Translations under genes and position numbers: made by a program
Shown: one piece after another, positions 12,566 through 24,832 of the stretch
How positions within the stretch are numbered: the stretch's first letter is position 1
Layout of the letters: each line of letters starts with the position of its first letter
Assembly (NCBI GenBank): GCA_013239625.1
Contig: MU054323.1
Span: 11,677,815 to 11,741,814 of the forward strand
Origin: Lama guanicoe
Lineage: Eukaryota
Direction of reading: 5' to 3'
DNA length: 64,000 nucleotides
Notes under the pieces: generated by a model
Told to the model about the DNA's origin: nothing
The model's database searches: none
What the model saw: only the letters and a program-made list of their open reading frames with translations

Positions 12566-14262
12566 GTGGTCCATCCCAAATTTCCCCTAGAAACTCTGCC
12601 CAAAATAGGTGCTTGATAAAGGTCTGCTACTTAGAGTCAGGAAGCGAGCCTTTTTACTTCCTATTCCAACCCCTCTCTCCACCCCATTGTGTCTGGTTTC
12701 TTATTAATATCATTTCCAAACACTAAGCACCTTATGCTATGACCACAAGGAGGTGACTGGTGCCCTCCTTGGGTTTGTAATCTTTTAGGGGAGTCAGAGA
12801 ACTAAATCCAGAAGAGGAAATTGTGGGGCCAAGTGGGCAATTCTTGCTGAGAGTGATCCCAGCTGGCCATGCAGCCAGGAAAGGCTTTCTGAAGGAGGGG
12901 AAATGTGAGTGAGGCCCTGAAAATCAAGAGGGTTGTGGAAAGGAGGGAAAAGACATCCAGGGACAGGAAGGGCTTGGTGGGAGATGAAGCAGTAGGAATT
13001 TCGGGGCACAATCGGGGGAAGGAGCAGCCCAGCTTTGTTGGAATGTTGACTGGGGGGGGGCTTGCTGTTTGTAGGTGGAGAACGGGGCTAGGGGGGAGGA
13101 CTTAGAAGGGCCTCCAGTGCCAGGAGAAGCCGCTCAATGGAATGGTCTGCTCATAATCTCCATTCCCCAATCCAGACCTCTTCACCTGGTTATCTTGTAC
13201 CTTTATGTGAGCCCTCCCCATCTCGGGAAAAATGGTCAAGAGATGAGTTTGGATATCTAGGCTAATGTGTGAGAACTTTGTACACCCACCAGGGTTCTCT
13301 CATTGGCATGACCAAAATCGGTAAGGATTTCTTAGCACTCTGAGCTGTTTACACATCTCAATTCTTTCATCCTCTGAACACCATCATTTTGCAGGTAGGA
13401 GTCAAGGAGCCCCCTCGAAGAGTGAGAAGGAAATAACCACAGCACGGGGAAGATGCTGTTAAGGCAACATGGAAGGTTCTGGTGCTGGCGGTACCAACTA
13501 GGGAATATCAGCCCAAGACATATAATTCTCCTCGAGGTGATGTCCTCATCTGTGAAATGGGTATGTTAAAAATATCCGGCCTCCCACTTCACAGAGCAGC
13601 TGCAGGAGGCAGTAACTTGAGGGGGGAAATAAACAGCATAAATGCTAATCACAGACACTAGCATCTAAACACACAGTGCCTTCTCTAGATCAGGAGGGGG
13701 TGGATGGATTTTGGGGACTATAAAATGATGATGGGAAATTAAAATTTTTTTTCACTCTCAAGAGGAAGAACTGCGACATGGAGAGAGAAAGCAGACAGAA
13801 TTCTCGAGTAATTTAACGGCAGACAGAGGCAAGGAATTCAGGTCTCTTAGCATCCAGTCCCCCTGCCTTGGCCTTTGGTTGAGGGTGACATGTGGGTGGA
13901 AGTTCAGGAATTGAGTGACGAGGCCTGGTTAATTCTGCTGCTTCATTTTCACAAATGGCACTTATCAGCACTCCCTTTCTGGAAACTTCTAACGCCTGGG
14001 AGAAATCATTCTGGGCAGTTCTCTTGCCCAGGAAGCTGCATGTGTCATGGACCTGCTGTGGGTGATAGTGTGATGTAGAGAACAGGTCCTGGACTTTGTT
14101 CCACCACTGTCTAATGGGTGACCTGGGCTGGCTGCTATCCTTCAGTTTCTTTACCTATAAAAAGGGGACAGCAATCTGTCCCACCCACCTCCCAAGGGAT
14201 GGAGGGCCTATGTGAAGGACTGAGCTGGGGGAAGTCAGGGGCATGGACTCCGCCTCACTCAC

Positions 14263-14384
14263 CTCTTTGACCCTGTGCAGCAGGGGCTGGAGCCAGTCCC
14301 TGTTCACCTCACAGTGGCTGTCGAGGAAAGTCAGGGTGGTGCCCTGGGCTATATCAGCACCTCGGATCCGGGACCGGACCAGAC
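14263..14384 (-). CDS. GALNT14: GALNT14 coding exon 6 (122 nt, phase 1/0), contains the DXH metal-binding motif
   Basis: Acceptor gtccctcttgcag|GT CTG; donor AAA GAG|gtgagt. Translates [40 protein letters not shown]. Confidence 0.97.
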
Positions 14385-14524
14385 CTGCAAGAGGGACAAA
14401 TGGTTAACTGGGTGCCACTGTTGCTCAATTGTCCAACCACACTGAACACACACACCCAAAGGCACACACATACCACTGATCCCCACACCCCTACCCCCAG
14501 GCCCGCCCAGCAGCACACACCTAC

Positions 14525-14590
14525 CTTGCCGCTCATTATTCCGTAAGCATTTCACCTTGGGCAGCTTGATGAGCTGTTTGCAGTCCTCAG
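14525..14590 (-). CDS. GALNT14: GALNT14 coding exon 5 (66 nt, phase 1/1)
   Basis: Acceptor cttttgtctttgcag|CT GAG; donor CAA G|gtaggt. Translates [21 protein letters not shown](G). Confidence 0.96.
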
Positions 14591-15309
14591 CTGCAAAGAC
14601 AAAAGGTGATGTGGATTGAGAGCCCAGGGATGGAGGTGAATGTGCACAGTAGGTGAGGCAGCCCGGGCTCCCGTCCCCACCCCCAACTACCGGGCCCCAT
14701 CCTGACTCAGGGTGTTGGGGGCTTTGGAAGGGGCTGACTGGCCATGGCTATCAGTATACAACGTGGCTCAGTCTGTGCAAAGTGGCCTTGGGGGGCCTCT
14801 TGGGAGCAGGTCAGTCACACAGTGGCACCTGTGTAATTGCTGGAACACTTCCGGATGGCATGGTCACCTGGGGACATTGCTCCTTTTCTATAGATCATTC
14901 AAAGCATGAGACAGGAGTCCTATTCACTTAAGTAGGGTCTGGTAAAAAGTTGCTGGGAGGCCAGAGAGTAGGTGAGATAACTTTTGGAGTTTCCTTTCAG
15001 ATCATGGACACTTAGTAAAGGAGACTCTGTTTGTTAAGGAATCCAGGCCATGTACTCCATCACAAAGAGCTGGCTCACCTCTCCACCATGTGGGGAGCTA
15101 TGCCAGGATGGGCAAGAGACCGGTCTTGGGGACCCACCCTGGCTTGCCTGCCTGCCCCATCACTCCTCTAGTTCACCAATTCTTGGCGCTGAACTCTGGA
15201 CCTTCAGTTTTGGTTTTGCTTCACTGGTTTACCAACCTTAGCCTCTCTGCTTGGCTCTGGACTCTACAGAGTGACCACAAAGACGCATAGGGGCTTCTGA
15301 GCCAAGGAC

Positions 15310-15515
15310 TGTTTAAAGCACTTCAAATGTATTAACCCAGTTATAGCCTTATATAAACTGTATATATTATTGTTCTCTCCATTTTACAGGCAAGGCAACT
15401 GAGTCACTTTCAGGTTGATAAGGCACACAGCCAGGAAGAGAGTAAGGGACAGGTCTAGGATTTGAAGCCAGGCAATTGGCACCAGGGGCCACGCTCTGAC
15501 CACTCAGCCACTCCG
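15310..15515 (-). mobile_element. MIR SINE
   Basis: ctccattttacagg...aactgag...aaggcacacagc...ggatttgaagccaggca...gctctgaccact corresponds to reverse MIR. Confidence 0.7.
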
Positions 15516-16684
15516 CTTCTAAGTGAATCCAGCAGCATTTCCTTCTCCAGCTTCAATGGCAGGCTACCTCCTGGCAGGAAAACTGTCTCCCACCTCCAAC
15601 CCTTCCTCACTAGGGAAGGGAGATCAGATCACAGAGTTTCAGAACTCAAGCCCAATCTTATTACCCTGGATCTGGTACACAAATCACTTTGGCATTATTT
15701 CCAAAGTTCGGATGCTGTGTCAGGGATGTGGGTTTCCAGCCTTCCTACAATAGACCCCAGTATGGCAGTGGCTTCTACGCCCAGCTTCCAGCACCAGGGC
15801 TGGTGGGGATAGACTCCACGCTTCTGCGACTTGGAGCTGTCCCTAGTGGCCACCACCCGCTTCCCCCGTTTCATCACAGGGAAGAGGCAGTCCTGCCTGG
15901 ATGTGTTGACTGCCTGGAACAGCACCGGGGCTGGGACGATGGCTCTCAGAAGAGGAGTCAGCACTACCAGTGCTTGAAGTGTAAGACTTCTACAACAATC
16001 ATACTGTCAAACTGAACATACAGGTGTCTAAAAACACCCGTGTGCTTTTCTCAGGGCAAGGGGTCTTGGAGTATGAATTTGGGTGGGACCCAGGTTCTTG
16101 GACAGGACGACTAGGAGACAGTAACGACCAGTGGTTGGAAGGTTGGAAGGCAGCTGCTCACTGTCACGGCCAGATGATGGGATGTCCCCAAAACAGAGTC
16201 CTCCCAGCCCAGCCCTGCTGTGGGAATGGAAGGGGGAAGATGGGTGCCCTTAGCTCAGGCTGGCGGATTATCAGAACATATGAGCCAGGAATCTCCAGAT
16301 GTGACACTGCTTCAGGACTCGAGGTCCCAGTGTCCATCCTTTGAAAGTGTGGGGCCTCTTTTCATTTCCAGGAATGCAGGTTGGGGACAGTGCCACATAA
16401 GCACGTGCATGCATACATTTGTAAACACACCAACCACATCAGCAATCAACTAAATTGAACTAGGTAGATCCTCAAAGACTCATCGCAGAGAACCCAAGAC
16501 ATTGTTTTTCAGATGGAAGGTTTATGTACTTCTTGAGCCCCGTATGGACACTCAAAGTCTTCTATACCCACTACAAACCCAGGCTTTCCTCCATCCCCAG
16601 AGAACCAGCAGGCTCACCTCTGCCAGTTATACAGGGGCTGGGAACACATTTGTGTCCACAGTACCGGGGAGTGATGGTACTTAC

Positions 16685-16752
16685 GGTCATTGCTGAAGTC
16701 ATCCACTAATATGATTTCCTGGATCAGATTCATAGGGGTACGGTTTAATATG
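16685..16752 (-). CDS. GALNT14: GALNT14 coding exon 4 (68 nt, phase 2/1)
   Basis: Acceptor ctttccaactcacag|C ATA TTA; donor GAC C|gtaagt. Translates [22 protein letters not shown](P), with the EIILVDDFS motif. Confidence 0.96.
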
Positions 16753-17310
16753 CTGTGAGTTGGAAAGAGGAAAGAGCATTATGATTTCTAGTGGCAAATC
16801 TATGTATTAACCTAAGCTTTAAATAGACACCACTGTATTTGAAGAATAAAACTCAGCCACACAACTCACCTGAGAGCCACCAGAACATAACCCTGCTTTG
16901 TCTTAACGAATGCCACCACCACCCCCAGCACCCAGACAGAGATTGGGAAGTCATCCTCAAAGACACTCCCTCTCCTGGAAATCCTGTATCACATCAGTGA
17001 CCAAGATGTGCTGGTCCTCCTGGAAAATGAGTGAGAATTAATTGCTTCCTCCTCTGGGGCTCCCTCTGCCGTTTGTATCTGAAGCTTTCTGACTATGAGG
17101 GCTGGTTTTGCTGGCCCCCTTTAATGGTCATCTCCCAGGGGACAGAGGCCTTGTCAAGTTACTGTCTGTATTGCCAGAGTCCAGCTGTGCCTTGGCCCAT
17201 AACTATTCCCTCCAGGGATGTTCAGTGCACACCTCCTATGTGCTAGGTTCTGGGTATATGATGAGTAAGGAGAGATGTGAGCTCTGACTCCAGAAGCTTG
17301 TGGTCTAGGG

Positions 17311-17512
17311 GCTACTTACTATAAGCTGTGTAACCTTGGGCAGGTTACTTCACTGCTCTGTGCAATGAAGTACTCCCATCTGTAAAATGGGGATAGTAAT
17401 AGTAGTACCTGCTTCACAGGGCCGTTGGGAGAATTAAAGGAGACTGCTTCTAAAGCAGTTAGCACAATTTCTGCTGAAAAAAGCATTAAAAAGTGGTAGC
17501 AACGATTACTGT
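17311..17512 (+). mobile_element. MIR SINE
   Basis: acttactataagctgtgtaaccttgggcaggttacttcac...catctgtaaaatggggatagtaatagtagtacctgcttcacaggg matches the MIR core. Confidence 0.85.
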
Positions 17513-19420
17513 TTTCCGTGGACCCATAGTGGTTTTTGAATTGACTTCATTTACCCTCCAGTGCTGTGGATCTGTACCCAAGGAACAAGGTGAGGCTTCT
17601 ATGTTCACTCAGGGTCTCAGGCCTGAGTGAGATAGCTGGATCCTGCTTATCCTGAACACCCCAACCCACATGGTTCCTCAGAAACATTCCTGGACCACAC
17701 CACCCCTTGTGGGACACCCAGAGCCCTGTGTGTGCTGGGGAGGGGGTTCGGATGGGTGCTGGTGGAGGTGGGAGGACCTCTCGGGAGGACCATTCTGAGC
17801 CCCATTTCAGGTGAGCTGCCCTTTCTAAGCAGGATGCAGAGACTTTCCGGGAGGAGTTCTTTGCCTGGAGCTGTCTTTATTTATGAAGCCTTAATTCTCA
17901 CCATGGCAACTAGTGCAAGGTGGAGAGAGGAACCCAGATCCCAGCTCTGAGCCCGCTGCTGGGAGGTGGGGACACGGAGGGCAGGAGGTGGTAGGAGGGA
18001 ACCCTCACCACAATCATCCAAAAGAAAACACGCCAAACCCAACAACCAGCCCTCTCATCAGAGAGGGAGGGGGAGAGGGAGGCAGAAAGAGAGGGGAAAA
18101 CTTGCTCGAAGAATACCCTCTAATGAGGTTTGATTACGGCTGGAGCTTCTGCATGCCATTCCCCCAAATCCCGGCTGGCTCTTTGAAATTCAAGAGTTCT
18201 CTTCTGTGAACATCAAAAGGTAAATCGTGTGCAGCTCTGTGCTGGTTGAACGGAGAGATGATTAGCAAATAAAAAATGTCCAAGTTTTAGAAAAGAAAAA
18301 AAAAAGGAGCAAAATCGTCAGCAGTAGCTGCTAATTAGACCATTTCCTGGTAACACCTGGCTGGTTTTTGCTCTAAACAGAGCAATTGGTGTGATGGCGG
18401 GGGTGCTCCCAAAAAGTGGCTCAGAGCTGGGAGGGCCTGGATGGCAGGTGCTCTGGGTGCTTGGGTTGGCTGGAGAAGAAGGAAGGTCAAGTCCAGCCCA
18501 GGGGACCTGGCTCAGTCCAGATCGTACCCCCAGGCCCTACCGTCTGCACATCCCACTGTCATCCTCACCACCCAGACCCTGGTTGTTTGAGTCTCTCTCC
18601 TTTGGTCTCACCAGTTCTTCTGCCAGGACATCTCACCAGCCCCTCCACAGCAAGGTCAAGCCTCCCTTTTCTCCAGGGCCCGGCTTAGCATGCACTTTTT
18701 CCTTGCCTCACTTCCCCGTGGCTGCTCCATACCCTTTCCTTTCATAGCCTCGCGTGGGAGTGAGTGCCCACCTCACGGGTGCGTCCAGGTCACATTCACT
18801 CTGGGAATTATCCCAGAACTGGGTCTCCTAGTCACAGCGCTGTTCTCTGCCAGAGGGCGGCTGCCATCAGTGTCTACACCTTCTGCCTGCTGAGCCCTAA
18901 CCACGGGCTACCCCCCACCTCCGAGCACTCTGAGAGGTGGCAGGTACGGCAGCGTGGGAGGCCAGGCAGCCTCCTCCATCTACTCCTGTGCGATCCTGTG
19001 CATGACGCCAGACTGCTCCCAGCCTTCATTTCCATCTGTAATTACATTTTCCTTGTAAAGGCAGGCGATATTAATACTTGACCTACTTCACAGGCTTTTG
19101 TGTGTATGAAATGAGGAAATGCATTTGCGATCGCTTTGTGAACTGCATGGGGCTCTATGCAGGCAGCGTTTATCAAAGGCTCCAGAAATACCAGTAGAAT
19201 GAAGACCTGAGGCTGGTTGACAGTTGAGTTTAGTCGTTCTGGAATCAGACTGACTTGGGTTCAAGTGCTGTGTCTGCCCGTCTGCCAATCACTAGCTGGA
19301 GAGCTCCTGTAAGAACTCAGCCGTCAGCACCACAACTTCCTCAGCCCCAGGAAAAGGGCTGAGCACCGTGCCCGGCACACAGCGGCTGCTCTGCAGTCTG
19401 GGTATTGATAATCACTACGA

Positions 19421-19611
19421 TCCTGGTTCTCAGAGTGTGATCCCAGAGTCAGCAGCCATCATGTCACCCGGGGACTTGTTAGGGATGCGAATTCTAGAGC
19501 CTCCCTCTAGACCCACTGAGTCAGAATATCTGCCGGGGGGGGGCTCAAGAAATCGTGTTTTAACACGCCTTCTAGGGGATTCTGATGTCCACTCAAGCTT
19601 GAGAGCCAGGG
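19421..19611 (+). mobile_element. MER5A non-autonomous hAT-Charlie DNA transposon
   Basis: About 190 bp with degenerate TIRs (tcctggttctca / tgagagccaggg). Colinear with MER5A: gacttgttagggatgcgaattct, gacccactgagtcagaa, gtgttttaacacgcc, gattctgatgtccactcaagcttgaga. Confidence 0.85.
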
Positions 19612-19689
19612 CCTTAGAACCCAGCTGCCCACCTGGGCTGGAGGTGCCTCACAGACCTGCTGTCACCTGTCCAGGCTCACTCTGCACCA

Positions 19690-19885
19690 AGCACTCTTCA
19701 AGGCCTTTACCTGCCTGAACTCATTCACCCTTCTCTACAATCGTGTGAGGTAGTTATTATCAGTGGTCTTTGTTTGGCAGAAAAGGAAACTGAGGCAGAG
19801 AGGGGAAGGAGATGCCCAGGGTCACACAGCTGGTAAGGGCAGAGCAGACAAATCTGGCCCCAGAACCCAGTTTCTTAACAGCTGA
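19690..19885 (-). mobile_element. MIR SINE
   Basis: gtgaggtagttattatc...ggaaactgaggcagagagg...gcccagggtcacacagctggtaag matches reverse MIR. Confidence 0.8.
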
Positions 19886-22234
19886 GCCTGGGAGACTGCT
19901 TCTCTCAATCTCAGTTGTTACAAAAAGCAACAGCATGGAGACTTGGGGTGGCAACCAGTCAGTTGTGCACACTCGAGCCCCGAGGGAAGCATGGGGCTGG
20001 AGGATGCCCCAGAAGGAAGGGGACGGCCCTGGGTCTCACATATGCACACAAACCATTCTTCAGGGCTCTGCTCCGTCCCTAAGTGAGGAAAGTCCCCTAA
20101 TTCATCAAGGTTGTGACTCTCTCTCCCTTTCCCCAACACCCACCCACTGTGCCTCTGTCTGGTTCTGAGTGCCCCCATGTGTATCTTCCCAGCCCCCAGC
20201 CTCCCAGCTAACATAGGAGCTCAGGGGGCAGAGGGCTTGGGCAGGGACAGGCAGAGGGACAAAGGCCTGGCCGGGCGCTAGGTGGGAGGGAGGAGAGGGC
20301 AACTGTCTTCCCCAGTTCCTAGGGCATCTTTCCTCTGCCAGAGCCTGGAAGCAAAGCCATCAGATTTCTAGAAAGTTAAAGCTGAAAGACACCTTAGGAA
20401 GAGTCTTTCATCAATGACAAAAGGCAGACAGGAAGTGCTCTCATTCAATTCTTTCTCGGTGGCTAGCGGTTTATTTGTGTGACAGGATAGGGAGTGGACG
20501 GGAGGTACGAATTCCCAAGGCAAGTGACACCTGGCCATGGAAGTTCCTGGAAGTAAGCTTCCTTGCCTCCCCCTTGAAATTCACTTCCATCCTACCTGCT
20601 AATGATGCTAACGCTGGTCTGGTCACACCTGGCTCCTGGGCCCCCATTCTGTTGTTTTTGTGTGTCACACTCGGGTCTGGGCAGCGGGGTGTGGTTCAGA
20701 GAGGCAGGAAAGAGATCAGGGCTCTCTCAGCAAAGGGCCCAGCAGAGTCTGGAGTATAGTCTGGTACTTCGTGGGGCCTTCTGAAAAGGGTGGTGTTGAT
20801 GGGTCCCCAGGCCCCTTCCAGAGGGCAGAGCACCAGGGCCTCAGTGGACAGAGGCTGAGGCTGCACCCTAAGCTGTCTCCCATTCCCACTGAGAAAGTCA
20901 GAGACCCGAATCCTGGCTCCTGCCCTTCCCAGCTCCGTGGCTTTGGCCTCCATTCACCATTTGCCCCCATGGACATGGGAAACGCCAGGCTGAAGATCAT
21001 GTGTCTTGGCTGGGCCTTCTCTGCATTTCTAAGAGACACTGTGAAGGTACCCTTCTTCATGAGTGACAGGTGGCACCGAAGACGTGGTGCCCACTGTCAG
21101 GACGGGCCTATTGCTGATGCCCTCCCATCCCTGGACAGTCCCATCTGCCCACAGCCATGCCCGTGTGGGAAGGAGAGGGGAAGGTGCGGCTTATTGATGG
21201 AAACGACAAGAGATTTTGCTATGCTTGGTTGTACTCTCTTTGGTCCATGTTTAATCTTACCTCCTTCTCTGTGGGATCAGGGGACCATCTGATCAGGATG
21301 TGCTAGCAGATCCAGATGGTCTCCAATGGGCTATGTGTCCCAGGTGGGTGGAGGTACCTCGGGCACTTTACCCCAGGGCCAGCCCCTCGCTCTGCTGGAG
21401 GCGTGGCTGGGTGCATCCTGGTTCCAACACCTTCCCCAGGGGTGCTGAAGGCCACCACTGGACTGGCCTTGCCTATTCAGGTTGCTGAGAAGAACTCAGA
21501 GATCAAAGAGCAAGGGTCAGAACCCCGCTTCATCAGTGTTAGCTGAGTGACTCGGGGCCTTAATTTTGCATCTTCAGGTCTCAGTTTCCTCAGCTGTGAA
21601 GGTGGCCACTCACCTCCCCAGCTGAGAGCATGAGCCAAGGCGCGTCTGCACACCAGGGGACTTAGTGACCAGAGGCTGCTGTGACCACCACCTAAGACGC
21701 CAGTGCTCCTGGGGACTGAGTGAGGAGGGGCAGGCCAGGTGATGTTGTGGGGAGAGGGCTCCAGAGGAGAGGAAGGGGCACAGCATGGGGACGGGGAGCT
21801 GAAACAACCAGGGTCTTCTGAGAATGAGGGTGAGGCTTTCCGGGCCAAGTCTCCAGAGCCCCATCTGTGTTGTAAGGGAGGTCTGCTGAGGGCTGGACTG
21901 GGACTTCGGCATATGGAAAACTCCCTGCAGGTCCAAGGCCACACACAGCAAGGATATGTCTGTCAGAGCAAGGGCATGGCCCAGACTAGGAGCAGAGTGT
22001 GGGCAGAGAGGCCTGAGGGGGCACAGGGCTGGAACACAAGGTGATGGCAGAAAAAGCAAACGTTAGCCATCACCTTTAGGCTGCCCTGACTTGCACCATG
22101 GCCCCTGGGTGTGTGGGAGGCGGTGGAGAGGCAGACCCCAGTACTACTCCCAGCCTGATGCTGGGGCGGAGTATGTACTCAGCCTCAAGGGAACCCAGCT
22201 TCCTTGTCAGCTGTGAAAATGAGAAGTAATGTCC

Positions 22235-22435
22235 TAGAGCAGTGGTTAAGGGCAAGCACTCTGGGACCAAGCATTCTGTGACTCTCAGTGACCTTCTACA
22301 AGTCATCTAATGCTCCAGACCTCTGTCTTTCCTCCTAAGAAATGGGATAATAGCCACCCTCATAGGAGTGTGAGGAGTGACTACCAGTGGATGTACGTGG
22401 AGTGTGCCAAACGGGGCCTAGCAGATACTTAAGAT
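22235..22435 (+). mobile_element. MIR SINE
   Basis: agagcagtggttaagggcaagcactctgg...gtgaccttctacaagtcatctaa...aaatgggataatagccaccctcatagg. Confidence 0.7.
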
Positions 22436-22509
22436 GCCTGAACTGGTCCCCGGGTGAGCAGGCACACCCTGGCTAAGTGCCGAGGGCTGACAGACGGGAA
22501 GGCTCTTAC

Positions 22510-22608
22510 CTGCGGATGGTTCTGAGCAGGGTGGAGCGGGCCTCATTGTGGAAGGTGATGATGATGCTGGTCGGGGGGAGGTCCTTGCAGTACACAAGCA
22601 GCGTGCAT
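22510..22608 (-). CDS. GALNT14: GALNT14 coding exon 3 (99 nt, phase 2/2)
   Basis: Acceptor ttcctccccaag|A TGC ACG; donor CGC AG|gtaaga. Translates [32 protein letters not shown](S), with the GalNAc-T SIII-FHNE motif. Confidence 0.96.
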
Positions 22609-23399
22609 CTTGGGGAGGAAAGGCAATGGAACAAGAAGGCCTTTAGAGGCAAAGCAGATCTAAAGGGCTGGAACCAAGAGCACCCCCTGTGTGGACAGAT
22701 GCCTGGTGTCCAGGTGATGGGGAGCCCAGCACTGGGTGAGACCCCAGGGCTTCACCTGGCCCTAAGGGGGGTGAGGATGCTCTGAGAATGATTAGAGCTG
22801 AATCTTCCCTCACCTCGAGGGAACCTGGGCATGGAGCCAAATTAAGCTGATGTATGGAACATAAATGTGGGACTTTCCACCCACCTGAGTTACTGCACAG
22901 TGCTTCCTAGTAGCCACACAAGCCCACCTCCAAGTCTTGGGCTCTGCTGCCCAGTCTCACCGTGTTCCTGTTCCGGGCCAGCAGCTCCCACCCCGCATGC
23001 CACGCTGACCCCTGACCTCCTGCCACACACACCGAAATCCAGCCTGTTTAAAGAGGCAGAGCCCTAAAACCAACATACGCAATAACACCCCATCTTGAAA
23101 AAGCATTCATTTCCCTGTGTCCAGGATCATTTGTATGACAATTACATCTGGGGTAATTTCAATTTAATACCTCACTGCAAGTGAAAATTGTAGCCTGCAG
23201 CTCAGAAATTACGATAATAATGGAAATAAACCCACCAAGTGAGGCTGGTGGCACCAGGGGCGATCGCCGGGTAAATGTTTCCTCCTGTTTCTCGCTTTTT
23301 CAGGGATATTAAACGAGGAAGTAAATAACAGATGTTTGGAGAGTCAGACATTTCCTCTCTCCATTTTCTAATTTCTTCCCAGGCTTGGGGCTTTTTATC

Positions 23400-23566
23400 T
23401 AGGGCCCGGACACCCAAGGATGGACTACAAGGGGTATGTGAGCTCTCTGAAATCATTTGCAAAGTTGTATATGCAAATGTTTTGTTTTTTTTTTCTGGGA
23501 AGATGGTTCATAGTTTCAGTAGATTCTCAAAGAAGTCTGTGGCCTAAAACACTTAAGAACCTCAGT
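23400..23566 (+). mobile_element. Short hAT-Charlie element (Charlie4z-like)
   Basis: ggatggactacaagggg...ctgaaatcatttgcaaa...tttttctgggaagatggttcatagtttcagtagattctcaaag...ttaagaacc is colinear with the recalled consensus. Confidence 0.65.
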
Positions 23567-24044
23567 CCTAGGCCAACGAGCCTGGCGTCCCTTTGGCCTC
23601 CCTGATAATTCTGAACACTCTTTCCTACAAGAGCAACACTGAATAAAGGCCCCAGGGGAAGAGACAGTGGAAGGTACATCATGACCTTCAGGCCTTCCTG
23701 CGTAGCCCCCACACAGATAATTTCTCACCCCATTACATCAGCTCCACCTACTAATAAACCCTCCCAGGGGGCCCGGCTCAGAGAGTCTTTACTCCTCTGG
23801 GGGATCCCTGAAGCAGCCTCCTCACCAGCCTTCCTGCCTCTGCCCTCTGCTCTCTGCCCCCGCCAGTCATGTCCAGTCCACCACACAGCTCTGCCAGGGC
23901 CTTCCCCTGGCCAGAAGCCTTTGGTGGCCCCTCAGGTAGAAAGTCCAAACTCCCTATCACAATGGCAGCTTCATTTGCTGCCATAACTCTCTGCCACTGC
24001 TCTATTACTTCTGCATGGAGCAGTGTCCTCTCTCTTTTCTCTAC

Positions 24045-24255
24045 TTGAACTCCTACTCATCCTTCAAGACCTAGAGCAACTATCCCATCTTCTGGGAACA
24101 TGTTCCATACTCCCCCAGGTAAGTAATGACCTGTCCTTTGTGCTCCCATAATTCTGTACATATCTCTGTTCTGGCACTTCTCAAGATGCTCTGTCTCCCC
24201 CGGTTGACTATGAGTTCCTTGAGGAAAAGACCTTTGTCTAGCTCCATGTCCCTAG
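24045..24255 (+). mobile_element. L2 LINE 3' fragment
   Basis: ctcctactcatccttcaagac...tgtctcccccggttgactatgagttccttgagg is the typical L2 3' end. Confidence 0.75.
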
Positions 24256-24363
24256 AATAAGAATTAAGTATACCAGATCCCCATTCATGGAGAAAGAGAG
24301 AAAGAAATTCAGGAAATGTATTCCTAGGTTAGCTGACGACTTAGCCGTTTATGGTTTTAAAAG

Positions 24364-24832
24364 TGCGGTAACCAGATGGCTTCCAAAGATTCTCACCTAC
24401 TGGTCCTCATGCTTTGTATTCTTCTGTCCCTCATGGGATCAGGGCAAACTTGTATGAGTAATAGAATACAATGGAAATGGCTGTGGGACTTCCAAGGCTA
24501 AGTCACAAAAGCACTGTAGGCCCTGCCTCGGCCCCTTGGGGAGAGCCAGCTGCCGTGCCTTGATGACACTCAAGCAGCCCTGTGGGGAGACTCTGGCGTG
24601 TGGAGGAACTGTGGCCTCCTGCCCACAGCTAGTCTGAATGAGCCACTTTGGCAGTCCACCAATTCCTGTCAAGCCATCAGATGACAGCAGCTCCAGCGGC
24701 TCCAAGACAAAACCGCCCAGCCAAGATGCTCCGAATTCTGACCCACACAGACTACAAAGATGATCATGGTTCCTGCTGTTTTAAGCCACTAAGGTTTGGG
24801 GGTGATTTGTTGTGCATTAAATAAGCATTATA
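24364..24832 (+). mobile_element. Solo MaLR LTR (MLT1F-like)
   Basis: gacttccaaggctaagtcacaaaag, agccagctgccgtg, cactcaagcagccctgtgg, gtcaagccatcagatgacagcagc, gaattctgacccacaca and ttttaagccactaaggtttggggg blocks. Confidence 0.8.

Noticed and set aside
20660-21292. 210-aa plus-strand ORF
   Set aside because: Non-ATG start and no recognisable homology. Overlapping ORFs in other frames indicate stop-poor GC-rich DNA rather than coding sequence.
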